Shown here piece by piece: positions 50,253-58,700 of a stretch of DNA of 64,000 bases. Position 1 is the stretch's first letter. Every line of letters begins with the position of its first letter. The position numbers and the translations under genes are program-made. Source of the stretch: an uncultured bacterium (GTDB taxonomy: Bacteria; Verrucomicrobiota; Kiritimatiellia; RFP12; UBA1067). The stretch is from positions 1,434 to 65,433 of the forward strand of contig CACYQU010000003.1 in assembly GCA_902776615.1 (NCBI GenBank). The letters run 5' to 3'. Under the pieces are notes generated by a model. It was given only the letters and a program-made list of their open reading frames with translations. It made no database searches and had not been told where the DNA came from.

Positions 50253-51986
50253 TCACTTGAAAACCATTTCGCTCACGGGCTTGCCGGCGGGAATCATCGG
50301 ATAGACGTTGGCGCGCGGCTCGACGATCACTTCGACGACGGTCGTTTTCTTCGACTTTACCGCCTTCGCGATCGTGGCGTCGAGCTTGGCCGGGTCGATG
50401 ACGCGGTAGGCCTCGGCGCCATGCGCCTCGGCGAGCTTCACGAAATCGGGCAGATAGTCGTATTTGAGATCCTGCTCGAGCCGCTCGTTCGCGGCGCGGC
50501 CGCGCACAGTCAGAATCGAGCCCGAGTAGTTCTTGCCGTAAAAGAGCTCCTGCCACTGGCGCACCATGCCTAGGCAGCCGTTGTTTATTATGACGAACGT
50601 TACCGGAAGCTTGTGCTCGACGGCGACCACCACCTCCTCGAAGGTCATCTGCGCGCCGCCGTCGCCGCACACCGCGACCGTCTTGTGGTCGGGACGCGCG
50701 ATTGCCGCGCCGATCGCGGCGGGAATTCCGAAGCCCATCGTTCCCATTCCGCCGGACGTGAGGAAGTGGCGCGGAATCGAATAGCGGAAGTGCTGCGCGG
50801 CCCACATCTGGTGCTGGCCGACGTCTGTAACCATCACGGCGCGGCCGCTCGTGGCCTTGTCTATCGCCTCCATCACGGCCTGCGGCATGATCACTTTCGG
50901 GTGCATCTGGCGCCATGTGACGGGGTGGCTCTTCTTCCAGCCGTCGATTTTGGCGATCCACTCGGGATGGGTCGCGGACTTCACGCGCGAAAGCACGGTA
51001 GTCAGAACGTCTTTCACATCCGCCACGATTCCGAGCGCGACGGAGACGTTCTTGCCGATGGACGCCGGGTCGCAATCGACATGCACGATCCTCGCCTTCG
51101 GCGCGTATTTGGAAATCTTGCCGGTGACACGGTCTGAGAAGCGCACGCCGAGCGCGATTATGAGGTCGGCTTCATTCATCGCCCAGTTGGCGGCGGGAGT
51201 ACCGTGCATGCCGGCCATTCTGAGGGAGAGCGGGTCGCGCTCGTCGAAGCTGCCGAGACCCATGAGCGTAGTCGCGACGGGAATCCCCGCCCTGTGCGCG
51301 AGCGTCGCCACGTCCTTCGCCGCGCCGGACGCAATCACGCCGCCGCCTGCGTATATCACGGGGCGCTCGGCCTCGTTGATGAGCTTGGCGAGGCGGGTCA
51401 TCTGCGCCGAAGTGGCCGCGCTTTCGGGATGGTACGCGCGAAGGGAGACGCGCTCGGGATACTGAGCGGAGGTCAGGCCCTGCTGGCAGTTCTTCGGGAT
51501 GTCGATCACCACGGGGCCAGGCTTGCCGTGAGTCGCGATGTAAAAGGCCTCGGCGACAATCTCGGGGATCTCGTCCGCGCTCTGCACGAGGAAGCAGTGC
51601 TTCGACACGCCGCGCGCGACACCGGTCGTGTCCGCCTCTTGGAAAGCGTCGGTCCCGATAAGCGACATTGGGACCTGGCCTGTGATGACGACGAGCGGTA
51701 TGCCGTCGATGTTCGCCGTGGCAAGGCCCGTTATGGTGTTTGTCGCGCCGGGGCCGGAGGTAACCAGGCACACGCCAGGCTTGCCGGTCGAGCGGGCATA
51801 GCCGTCAGCCATGTGGACGCAGCCCTGCTCGTGACGCCCGAGAACAAACGGGAACTTTGCGTCTGTAAGACAATTGAATATGTCAAGCGCCTGTCCGCCT
51901 GGATAGCCGAACAGCACTTCCGTACCCGCCTTGGCGAGCGATTCGACGAGAGCCTGCGCACCCGTTCTCTTTGCATTCTGGTTCAT
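50253..51986 (-). CDS. ilvB: Acetolactate synthase large subunit
   Basis: FGYPGG, RHEQG, TSGPGATN, DVGQHQMW, GDG...NN..LGMVRQWQ. Confidence 0.96.
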   Translation of the reverse strand: MNQNAKRTGAQALVESLAKAGTEVLFGYPGGQALDIFNCLTDAKFPFVLGRHEQGCVHMADGYARSTGKPGVCLVTSGPGATNTITGLATANIDGIPLVVITGQVPMSLIGTDAFQEADTTGVARGVSKHCFLVQSADEIPEIVAEAFYIATHGKPGPVVIDIPKNCQQGLTSAQYPERVSLRAYHPESAATSAQMTRLAKLINEAERPVIYAGGGVIASGAAKDVATLAHRAGIPVATTLMGLGSFDERDPLSLRMAGMHGTPAANWAMNEADLIIALGVRFSDRVTGKISKYAPKARIVHVDCDPASIGKNVSVALGIVADVKDVLTTVLSRVKSATHPEWIAKIDGWKKSHPVTWRQMHPKVIMPQAVMEAIDKATSGRAVMVTDVGQHQMWAAQHFRYSIPRHFLTSGGMGTMGFGIPAAIGAAIARPDHKTVAVCGDGGAQMTFEEVVVAVEHKLPVTFVIINNGCLGMVRQWQELFYGKNYSGSILTVRGRAANERLEQDLKYDYLPDFVKLAEAHGAEAYRVIDPAKLDATIAKAVKSKKTTVVEVIVEPRANVYPMIPAGKPVSEMVFK

Positions 51987-51996
51987 TAGGTTAGGT

Positions 51997-52005
51997 ATTA
52001 TACCA
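51997..52005 (-). promoter_or_regulatory. Extended -10 TGGTATAAT for ilvBN, overlapping the stop codon of the upstream transposase
   Basis: Hexamer ends 10 nt before the ilvB ATG. Confidence 0.6.
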
Positions 52006-53092
52006 AACTACGCATAACAGGGCTAGCCCCCTCGCCGCGAGCGGCTCGATTCGGCGAGTACCTGCCCATCGCTTTCATCATCGTCGCGAGCATTCCGTTT
52101 GGCGCGATGTCGCCGACCCATATCTCGTCGGCGTGGCGAAGAACGTATTCATTGCACCATGCGGCGACTTTCTTGTTGAGGCGTGATCCGGGCCGCTGCG
52201 GCGAAATAAAAAGAATGCGACCTTCGGCCAAGGCTGCGAGAAGATCGTTCGAGAGCTCGCTTTCGAGGGGCAGCCCCTGGGGGACGACCTTGATTGCCGA
52301 GCGGCCTTTGGCAAGAGCGCGGCGCAGAGCCTCGCGCTCCTGCGCGCTCGTGAATGTCGATATGATCGGCATGTCGTGCGGGGCTGAAGCCCCGCGGACC
52401 GAGACAGCCGCCCCTCCCATATCGGAGCGGCCGACTTCACGCCTCCAAACCATTTTCGGCTTAAGATCGCTCGCCCAGAAACCATGGGAAGCGACGAAGG
52501 CGATTCGCGGGCCGTTGAGCAGATCGAGGTTGCCGAGCGAGTACTGGGTCACTGCGCCGAAGCGGTCGCGAGTCCAGTTCGCCGGGTTTTCGCGAATGTA
52601 GCGGCGGAAGGCGGCGAGCTGCTGCTCGCTCGTAACGATCTTGTCCCAATAGTCGAACTGCCAAAGATGGTCGCCGATGTCATCGACCTCGCCCGCGCGG
52701 CGCATCTTGCCGTAGATATAGCCGGTTCCGCCCTTGAAGCGGCCCAGCAGAAAGCCGAGGTGATGCTCCTTGTTCGTTGGACGGAACTTGATTCGCACGA
52801 TGGCGTGGAAGTGGTTGGGCATGACGACAAACTCGTCAAGCTCCAGCTCGGGGTATTTCGCCGGCAACTCGCGCCAGTATGCCTCGACCCTGCGCCCGAG
52901 CTCGTTCAGCTCGCACCGGTCGCCCACGATCGCGCCGAATATCGACTTGTTGTGCGCAGTCTGCCACGTGACGAAGAACCAGCCGTTGCGATAGTTGATG
53001 TTCGCGTTGCGAAGCGACTTTCGAAAGCGCGGCACCTCTGCCGCGCTTCCACGACGCTCGCCCGCATCATCTCTCGCCGATCTCACGCACAT
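51998..53092 (-). CDS. Y1/HUH (RAYT, IS200-like) transposase fused to a C-terminal DprA/SMF(SLOG)-like domain
   Basis: FFVT, DEFVVMPNHFH (HUH), LWQ..Y.D, YIRENP (catalytic Tyr). Then GNLDLL..RIAFVAS, IISTFTS..ER, EGRILFISP, NEYV. Start set by TGGTATAAT 6 nt upstream. Confidence 0.82.
   Translation of the reverse strand: MCVRSARDDAGERRGSAAEVPRFRKSLRNANINYRNGWFFVTWQTAHNKSIFGAIVGDRCELNELGRRVEAYWRELPAKYPELELDEFVVMPNHFHAIVRIKFRPTNKEHHLGFLLGRFKGGTGYIYGKMRRAGEVDDIGDHLWQFDYWDKIVTSEQQLAAFRRYIRENPANWTRDRFGAVTQYSLGNLDLLNGPRIAFVASHGFWASDLKPKMVWRREVGRSDMGGAAVSVRGASAPHDMPIISTFTSAQEREALRRALAKGRSAIKVVPQGLPLESELSNDLLAALAEGRILFISPQRPGSRLNKKVAAWCNEYVLRHADEIWVGDIAPNGMLATMMKAMGRYSPNRAARGEGASPVMRSLV
52378..52395. 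repeat. REP-like hairpin GCGGGGC-TGAA-GCCCCGC inside the transposase gene
   Basis: Perfect inverted repeat of the same geometry as 53222-53239. Confidence 0.6.
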
Positions 53093-53121
53093 GCCGAAAT
53101 TATACCACAATTCCTGCCCTC

Positions 53122-53222
53122 GCGCCCATATCGGACCGACGCCCATATCGCCGATGCGCTCATATCAACACGGCGCTTGCATCGACACGGCGCTTGTATC
53201 GGTCCGCGCTCATATCGGTCCG
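53122..53222. repeat. Six degenerate 16-17 nt tandem repeats (GCGCYCATATCGRYMCG-like)
   Basis: Units start at 53122, 53139, 53156, 53173, 53190, 53206. Confidence 0.8.
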
Positions 53223-53239
53223 GCGGACTTTAGTCCGCC
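53222..53239. repeat. REP-like hairpin GGCGGAC-TTTA-GTCCGCC
   Basis: Perfect inverted repeat directly after the tandem array. Confidence 0.7.
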
Positions 53240-53246
53240 ATTTCAT

Positions 53247-53450
53247 CTCCACCCCGACCATGAAGAACCGATCGAGCGCGTTGGTGGGCGAGTGCCATTC
53301 TTCGCCCGACTCCAGCCCCGCCTTGCCATAGATGGTGTACCGTCTCCGCGACTCCTCCGCCGCGCTCAGCTTCGGCGACCATTCGACGACCGGCGCGCCG
53401 CCGACCATCGTAATCGTCGCGGCGAACACCGAGTTCGTGTCGCTCGGGTC
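53247..53450 (-). pseudogene. Orphan C-terminal domain fragment of a surface/secreted protein, copy 1 of the 204-bp direct repeat
   Basis: DPSDTNSVFAATITMVGGAPVVEWSPKL...YTIYGK..W...RFFMVGVE. No parent gene upstream; no stop where copy 2 has one. Confidence 0.72.
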
Positions 53451-53485
53451 ACGCGCCAGCGCCCTGCCACAGATGCAACATTATT

Positions 53486-53494
53486 TGGTATAAT
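53486..53494 (+). promoter_or_regulatory. Extended -10 TGGTATAAT for the second transposase
   Basis: Exact motif 50 nt upstream of ATG 53545; SD-like GGGAG. Confidence 0.6.
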
Positions 53495-53503
53495 TCCTGC
53501 ACG

Positions 53504-53530
53504 GAAGGTCTGACCTTCTTTGCAATGTTT
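53504..53530. repeat. Left palindromic end motif GAAGGTC-T-GACCTTC-TTTGCAATGTTT
   Basis: 27-bp exact match to 54615-54641. Confidence 0.85.
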
Positions 53531-53544
53531 TGCAGGGAGAAACA

Positions 53545-54624
53545 ATGTCACATTCAAACAACCGTGTAAAAGAACACGAGACTGTGCATCATCTTATCAG
53601 CAGAATAGCGCACCGCGTCTATTTTCTGAAAGACGACGAACGCAAGGATTTCCTGGAGATCGCCCGCCGGGCAGCGCAGTTTTCGGGCGTACAGCTGCTT
53701 GGCTGGTGCGTCATGGGGAATCATTTCCATCTGCTTGTGTTCTTGCCGACGCCACGGTTTGTGGACGAACAGGAAGTAATTGAACGATACGGAGCGCTAA
53801 AGGGACAGCTGGCGGCCTCGTCAATTACGGAAATGTTCATTGAATGGCGCAAGCAAGGCGAAACGGGAGAGCGTCGCGTGTCCGAATGGCTTGATGCACA
53901 AAGACGTCGCATGTATGACGTAGGCATATTCATGAAAATCGTCAAACAGTGGTTCACAACAGAATACAACCGCCGAAACGGACACAAGGGAACACTATGG
54001 GAGTCGACGTATTTCGACAGGGTTGTTCCGCGATGCTTGTCAGAAATGGCGAAGTGCCTTGCCTACATTCACCTGAATCCAATACGTGCTGCTGCCTCGG
54101 ACAAATTCGATGGATATGCGTGGAGCAGCTACTCGGCGTTTCGGAAAGGCGATCCGACCGCGACAGCCGGAATGCATTTCATTTACGGGAAAGAGGAATC
54201 CGATGATGCTATCGCCGGAAGGCATGAGTTTCTTCTCGAGGAATTGCTCGAGAAGGAGAAACTGCGCCGTGCGGAGGAAATCGCTCGAAAGCGAGCAGCG
54301 GGATATGAAGTGCCGACGGATCCACTTACGGACGAGGCGCTCGTGGCACAGCGGGCAGCCCATCTTGCCGAAGTACAGAAAGCATCTGTCGAACTGCGCG
54401 AAGCCCGAAACTACGAGAAGCGGCGTAGCGAGAGAGGTGCGTTGCGCGAAAAGGAAACACTATCCCTTCTCGAGGCAAATCCGGAAATGAACGCAGCCCT
54501 GCTGTCCGAACGGCTGGGCGTTGGCGTTCGCACGGCCTACTGCATCCTGAAACAACTGAAAGACAAAGGCGTCATACAGCAAGAAGCCGGCCGTTGGCGC
54601 ACAAACATTGCAAAGAAGGTCTGA
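53545..54624 (+). CDS. Y1/HUH (RAYT-like) transposase with C-terminal HTH
   Basis: HLISR, WCVMGNHFHLL, YNRR..H.GTLWES, YIHLNPIRA, YAWSS, C-terminal HTH (LSERLGVGVRTAY..LKQL). Confidence 0.88.
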   Translation: MSHSNNRVKEHETVHHLISRIAHRVYFLKDDERKDFLEIARRAAQFSGVQLLGWCVMGNHFHLLVFLPTPRFVDEQEVIERYGALKGQLAASSITEMFIEWRKQGETGERRVSEWLDAQRRRMYDVGIFMKIVKQWFTTEYNRRNGHKGTLWESTYFDRVVPRCLSEMAKCLAYIHLNPIRAAASDKFDGYAWSSYSAFRKGDPTATAGMHFIYGKEESDDAIAGRHEFLLEELLEKEKLRRAEEIARKRAAGYEVPTDPLTDEALVAQRAAHLAEVQKASVELREARNYEKRRSERGALREKETLSLLEANPEMNAALLSERLGVGVRTAYCILKQLKDKGVIQQEAGRWRTNIAKKV

Positions 54625-54642
54625 CCTTCTTTGCAATGTTTG
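54602..54642. repeat. Perfect 41-bp palindrome (20-bp arms) centred on the transposase stop codon
   Basis: CAAACATTGCAAAGAAGGTC-T-GACCTTCTTTGCAATGTTTG. Confidence 0.92.
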
Positions 54643-54669
54643 CCGTGGAATGAGACTTACCATGCGCGG

Positions 54670-54897
54670 CTACCGCAACTCCACCCCGACCATGAAGAAC
54701 CGGTCGAGAGCGTTGGTCGGCAAGTGCCATTCTTCGCCCGACTCCAGCCCCGCCCTGCCGTAGATGGTGTACCGCCGCCGCGACTCCTCCGCCGCGCCCA
54801 GCTTCGGCGACCATTCTACGACCGGCGCACCGTCAACCATCGTTATCATCGCGATGAACACCGAGTTTGTGTCGGTCGGGTCGGTGCAAACAATCAC
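54670..54897 (-). pseudogene. Orphan C-terminal domain fragment, copy 2 (repeat 54679-54882); possibly translated as a 75-aa ORF
   Basis: TDPTDTNSVFIAMITMVDGAPVVEWSPKL...RFFMVGVELR*; 19 mismatches to copy 1 over 204 bp by manual alignment. Confidence 0.72.
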
Positions 54898-55130
54898 TTT
54901 TTACGTAGTGCACGTCCTATAAGCCATGCGATCAAAACAACAGCTCCCCATGCGAACACGCTCCCAAATGAATCAAAATTCTTCTCAGAAAGAAAATCGT
55001 TGAAAAACCAACTAAATATCCCCCCTATGATCTCGAATACCCATACGACCGCTTTTACAACCAGCCATCCAACGACAACTATTAAAGCAAGGACAGCACC
55101 ACCTTTTACTATGTCGATTAGGTTACGCAT
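54894..55130 (-). CDS. Small two-TM membrane protein (78 aa)
   Basis: Two hydrophobic helices; last gene of the AT-rich operon. Confidence 0.7.
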   Translation of the reverse strand: MRNLIDIVKGGAVLALIVVVGWLVVKAVVWVFEIIGGIFSWFFNDFLSEKNFDSFGSVFAWGAVVLIAWLIGRALRKK

Positions 55131-55156
55131 GACTCATTCCGTTCAGATGACTTCGA

Positions 55157-55357
55157 TTAAATCCGAGACCATTTCGCCCAATAAGCGCAGTTTGCACCAG
55201 GTGTACTCATAGACCCAGCTTTAACACAACAAGGTTGTCGGGCCGAATCACACCGAACAACTTTTGCGCTTCCAAGATTCTCAAGCTTGCGCATCCCTTT
55301 CCAGTTTTTACATGTGGCACAAGCACGACTCTCTACCCTAATAGTAGTGCAACCCAT
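55157..55357 (-). CDS. Cys-rich microprotein (66 aa), paralog 2
   Basis: SD GAGGAGG; CATCKNWKGMR...C...CAYWAKWSRI. Confidence 0.8.
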   Translation of the reverse strand: MGCTTIRVESRACATCKNWKGMRKLENLGSAKVVRCDSARQPCCVKAGSMSTPGANCAYWAKWSRI

Positions 55358-55367
55358 ACGAACCTCC

Positions 55368-55574
55368 TCATATTCTTTCCCATTTTGACCATCGGTTACA
55401 AGTATGTGTCGCGCCACGCTCCACGCGCCACGCAGCACAATCGTTGCCACGAGGCATAATGCCGTCAACCGTAACATACTTCGGCTCACGTGCGCCAACG
55501 AAATTCACTTCGCGGCTTCCGCGCCACCACTTGCATGTGGCACAGACTTTTCTTGCTATTGGTACATTGTACAT
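55368..55574 (-). CDS. Cys-rich microprotein (68 aa), paralog 1
   Basis: SD GGAG; CATCKWWRGSR...C...CNRWSKWERI. Confidence 0.8.
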   Translation of the reverse strand: MYNVPIARKVCATCKWWRGSREVNFVGAREPKYVTVDGIMPRGNDCAAWRVERGATHTCNRWSKWERI

Positions 55575-55575
55575 A

Positions 55576-55782
55576 TTACTTTCTCCATTTTGGCCATTCA
55601 CCTAGACTCGCAGATGTTTCATCAACATCATGCTCAGAAGAATTACACCTACGCAATTCATCGCCTATGTCATCAAATTCATGGCTTAGATCCTGTAAGC
55701 CTGTTACAATCCTATGTGCGGCATCGCCAAACACATAACGTCCTAGCGCACCTACCAATGCGCCTGCTATTTCTTCCGACAT
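55576..55782 (-). CDS. Small hypothetical protein (68 aa)
   Basis: SD AGGAGG overlapping the upstream gene end; glycine-rich N-terminus, acidic C-terminus. Confidence 0.6.
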   Translation of the reverse strand: MSEEIAGALVGALGRYVFGDAAHRIVTGLQDLSHEFDDIGDELRRCNSSEHDVDETSASLGEWPKWRK

Positions 55783-55785
55783 TAC

Positions 55786-58700
55786 CTACCTCCTTCTGGT
55801 TTTAGAAACGACATTTATGTAACTACAAAGCTTTTCGAGGCTATCAACAGGGATGTTAATCAACTGACAGACCTTCGAATTGATGGTTATGGCATTTTTT
55901 TGAGCCTCCACGCTCTCTATACTTTCAAAAGGAACTCGAACAGGGTCTTCCATGAAGTTTTTGAAGTACACCGCATCATTGGTGACAAGCATACCCTCCT
56001 TAGCACTACCGAAGACAGTTGAATCAATCAAGAAACGAACAGAGTCGATGGGCTCCCGCACTTTCATTGAAACGAATGCGTTCCGAAGTTTCTTCTCAGG
56101 GATACTTCCTTCCACAAAGAGGCAACTGCACGGAGATTTTGCAAATTCCGCTATATCCGGAGTGTCGGCAGATTGTCCATCAGTTTTTACTGCGGATAAC
56201 CGATCAAGACATGTTGATTCTTTAGCGAAAGCAACTAATTTAACGAGCGTATCTCTACAGGCATCTGCATCGCCATTGGAATTGGTAAAGTCGAACACAA
56301 CCCCTTTCTCAAAAGTTATTTCGCCACGATTCGGTTTTGACGGGGAGTCAAGCGAAGCAAGCTCTTTCCACGAATACGCATTACGAGCAGTTTCCACCGT
56401 ATCGTTCTTCCATATGACACCCCATCGCGATACGACAAGCCCGATTTTTGCCGAACCAAAGATCGTTGTGTCAACTATGGCGAAAACGCCGTCGTCCTGT
56501 ACACCAGAAAGATATGTTCTCGCACCTACAAGTTTCTTGGGTGGGATGCCGTCTTTGAAATAGAAGCCATTGTCATTTGATGAAGTTATTGCAGCTTCAA
56601 CCGCTGCGAAGAACGCCTCGGACGAATCACGTTTTGCCGCAGCCTCTTCGCGGGTTTGATACTCTATGCCAAAAGCTGTTCGCGCAAGTTTGTCAAACCG
56701 CTCCAATTCTCTGTTCACGCGCTCAAGTTTCCAAGTGCCATCAATGCCAAGTCGCGTCGCCATTGCAATAATATCCGATTTAAGTTTGATGGCAGATGCT
56801 TCGTCGGTAATCGTGCAGCTTTTCTCGAAATCAACAAGCTCTCGCTGCTTGGCAGCTTCTTCCCGGGTTTCGAAAATTCTGTCTCCTGCTCTTCTTGCTG
56901 CTTTGTCAAAACATTCAAGCGCCTGTGTGACACGCTCCATTTTCCACGCGCCGTCAACTCCAAGCTTTTTTATGAACTTCTCTAATTTAGCTTTAGCTTC
57001 TATGGCTGACTCTTCGCTTGACAGATCTAGTTCTGCCTCATATGCAGAAAGTTTCCTTTGTTTGTCGGCTTCATCACGGGTGGGGAACTCCCTGCCGTCA
57101 ACCGTACGGTATTCACAGTCAAGCCGTTTTAAAGCAGCATCTATCACTGCAAGATCTTCAGATATGTCGAGTTCCAATTCCCCTGCTGCCTTCACAATCC
57201 TATCTCGATAATCATGAGCACTACTCTCGGCGGACAAATCCGCATCACCGACTATTTTTTTCAGCAACTCTCTCTTTAACGGATTGACATCGACTCGTGC
57301 CGCGCGCGCGATATCATTGATAGGACCTTTCCCGTTGTCATCCAAGTAGCAATAGCTGACCACATCTTTTTTGAACGGGCAGAACTGAAGCATTTTTAAC
57401 TTTGCTTCGTCTCGCCCTGTATCTGCGAAGTTACCGTTCCCTATCTCATCGTTTTCTAATAGTTCTAGAATGTCCGAGGCCGCATCTTCATTGTCTGAAA
57501 CTCCGCTTTCACCTAGTGTCCACCCATTTTCTTCTATCATCCTTCGAAGAAAATCTTTGGTGGAATTCACTGTCGAACAAATCTGGACGAATATTCCAAA
57601 ATGCAGTTTCCGCATTATCATGTCGGCATATGTTTCCTTATCAACGTCATAGTCTCCAGAAACGAAAATTGCCATCATTTCATCTATTTCATCCCCAACA
57701 GTTTTCACATTATTCAATAACTTTGAGATGAAATTGTCGGCCTCTCTGTGACAGTCATCGGGTAAATCAAATAGCTTTAATTCCCATTCAACGTGGCGTC
57801 TAAGATCCTTCTCCGCCTCCTTGAGGATGCTCTTCCAGCTATGAGCGGCTTCGTCCGGCGAAATGTCTCTATATTTTGGAGGAGCTTTTTCTTCGTCGGC
57901 ACATTCCTGATCTCCATATTCTGCGAGGTCCTTCCAAAATGACCAGAAACTCCAATTGGCATATTCTGGCAGTCCATTTTTTACGATGCCTCCGTAAATT
58001 GCAACTTCGCCAGCTTTAGGTTTAGACGAGTTGACGGATTTTTCCTTTTTTTTGTTTTTCTTACCAGGCTTCAGCTTGTTTATGGCAATTGCCGCTTCAG
58101 ACGCTTCGCACATGGAATTTTTCTTATCTTTTTCATCATCCCGGCGATGTCTGTTGCTGCGACTTTTGGATGATGAAACGATTCCGCCGATATCCTCTGA
58201 AGTCAACTTTTCGTTCAATTTCTCTATGTCTATTTTTGCTTCTCGAACTATATCATTAATTGGACCTTTGCCGCCATCGTCAAGATAACAATACGCCACT
58301 ACCTCGTCATTGAACGGACATAATTGCAACATTTTCAATTTTGCTTCTTCAATAGTCGTGTCCTTAAAATCTCCTTTCCCGATTTCGCCGTCCTTCAGCA
58401 ATTTCAAAATCGTTAATGCCGAATCTTCTTCTTCGCCATTCCCTATTTCACCAAGTGGGTATCCATTACTATCAATCACTTTTCTGACACAATCTTTCGT
58501 TGCATTCATAGCCCAGCAGATTTGCACATAGATGCCATAATACATCTTCTTCATCACTTTTTCGACAAAGTCATCCTTATCACCATCAAAATCGCCTGAT
58601 GCGAACTCTTCCATTATAGCATTTACTTCCTGCCCAGCCTGTTCCACATTGTTCATATAAGACACTATACATTCCTTGACTTTCTCTCTATCTAGCTCTG

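Noticed and set aside
53122-53222. CRISPR array
   Set aside because: Units are 16-17 nt, degenerate and contiguous, with no spacers and no cas genes.
53545-54669. IS605-type element with TnpB/IscB and guide RNA
   Set aside because: No RuvC or Zn-finger TnpB motifs beside either Y1 gene; the C-terminal extension is a helical region plus HTH.
53247-54882. Diversity-generating retroelement TR/VR pair
   Set aside because: The 19 mismatches are not adenine-specific and are mostly synonymous; no reverse transcriptase in the window.
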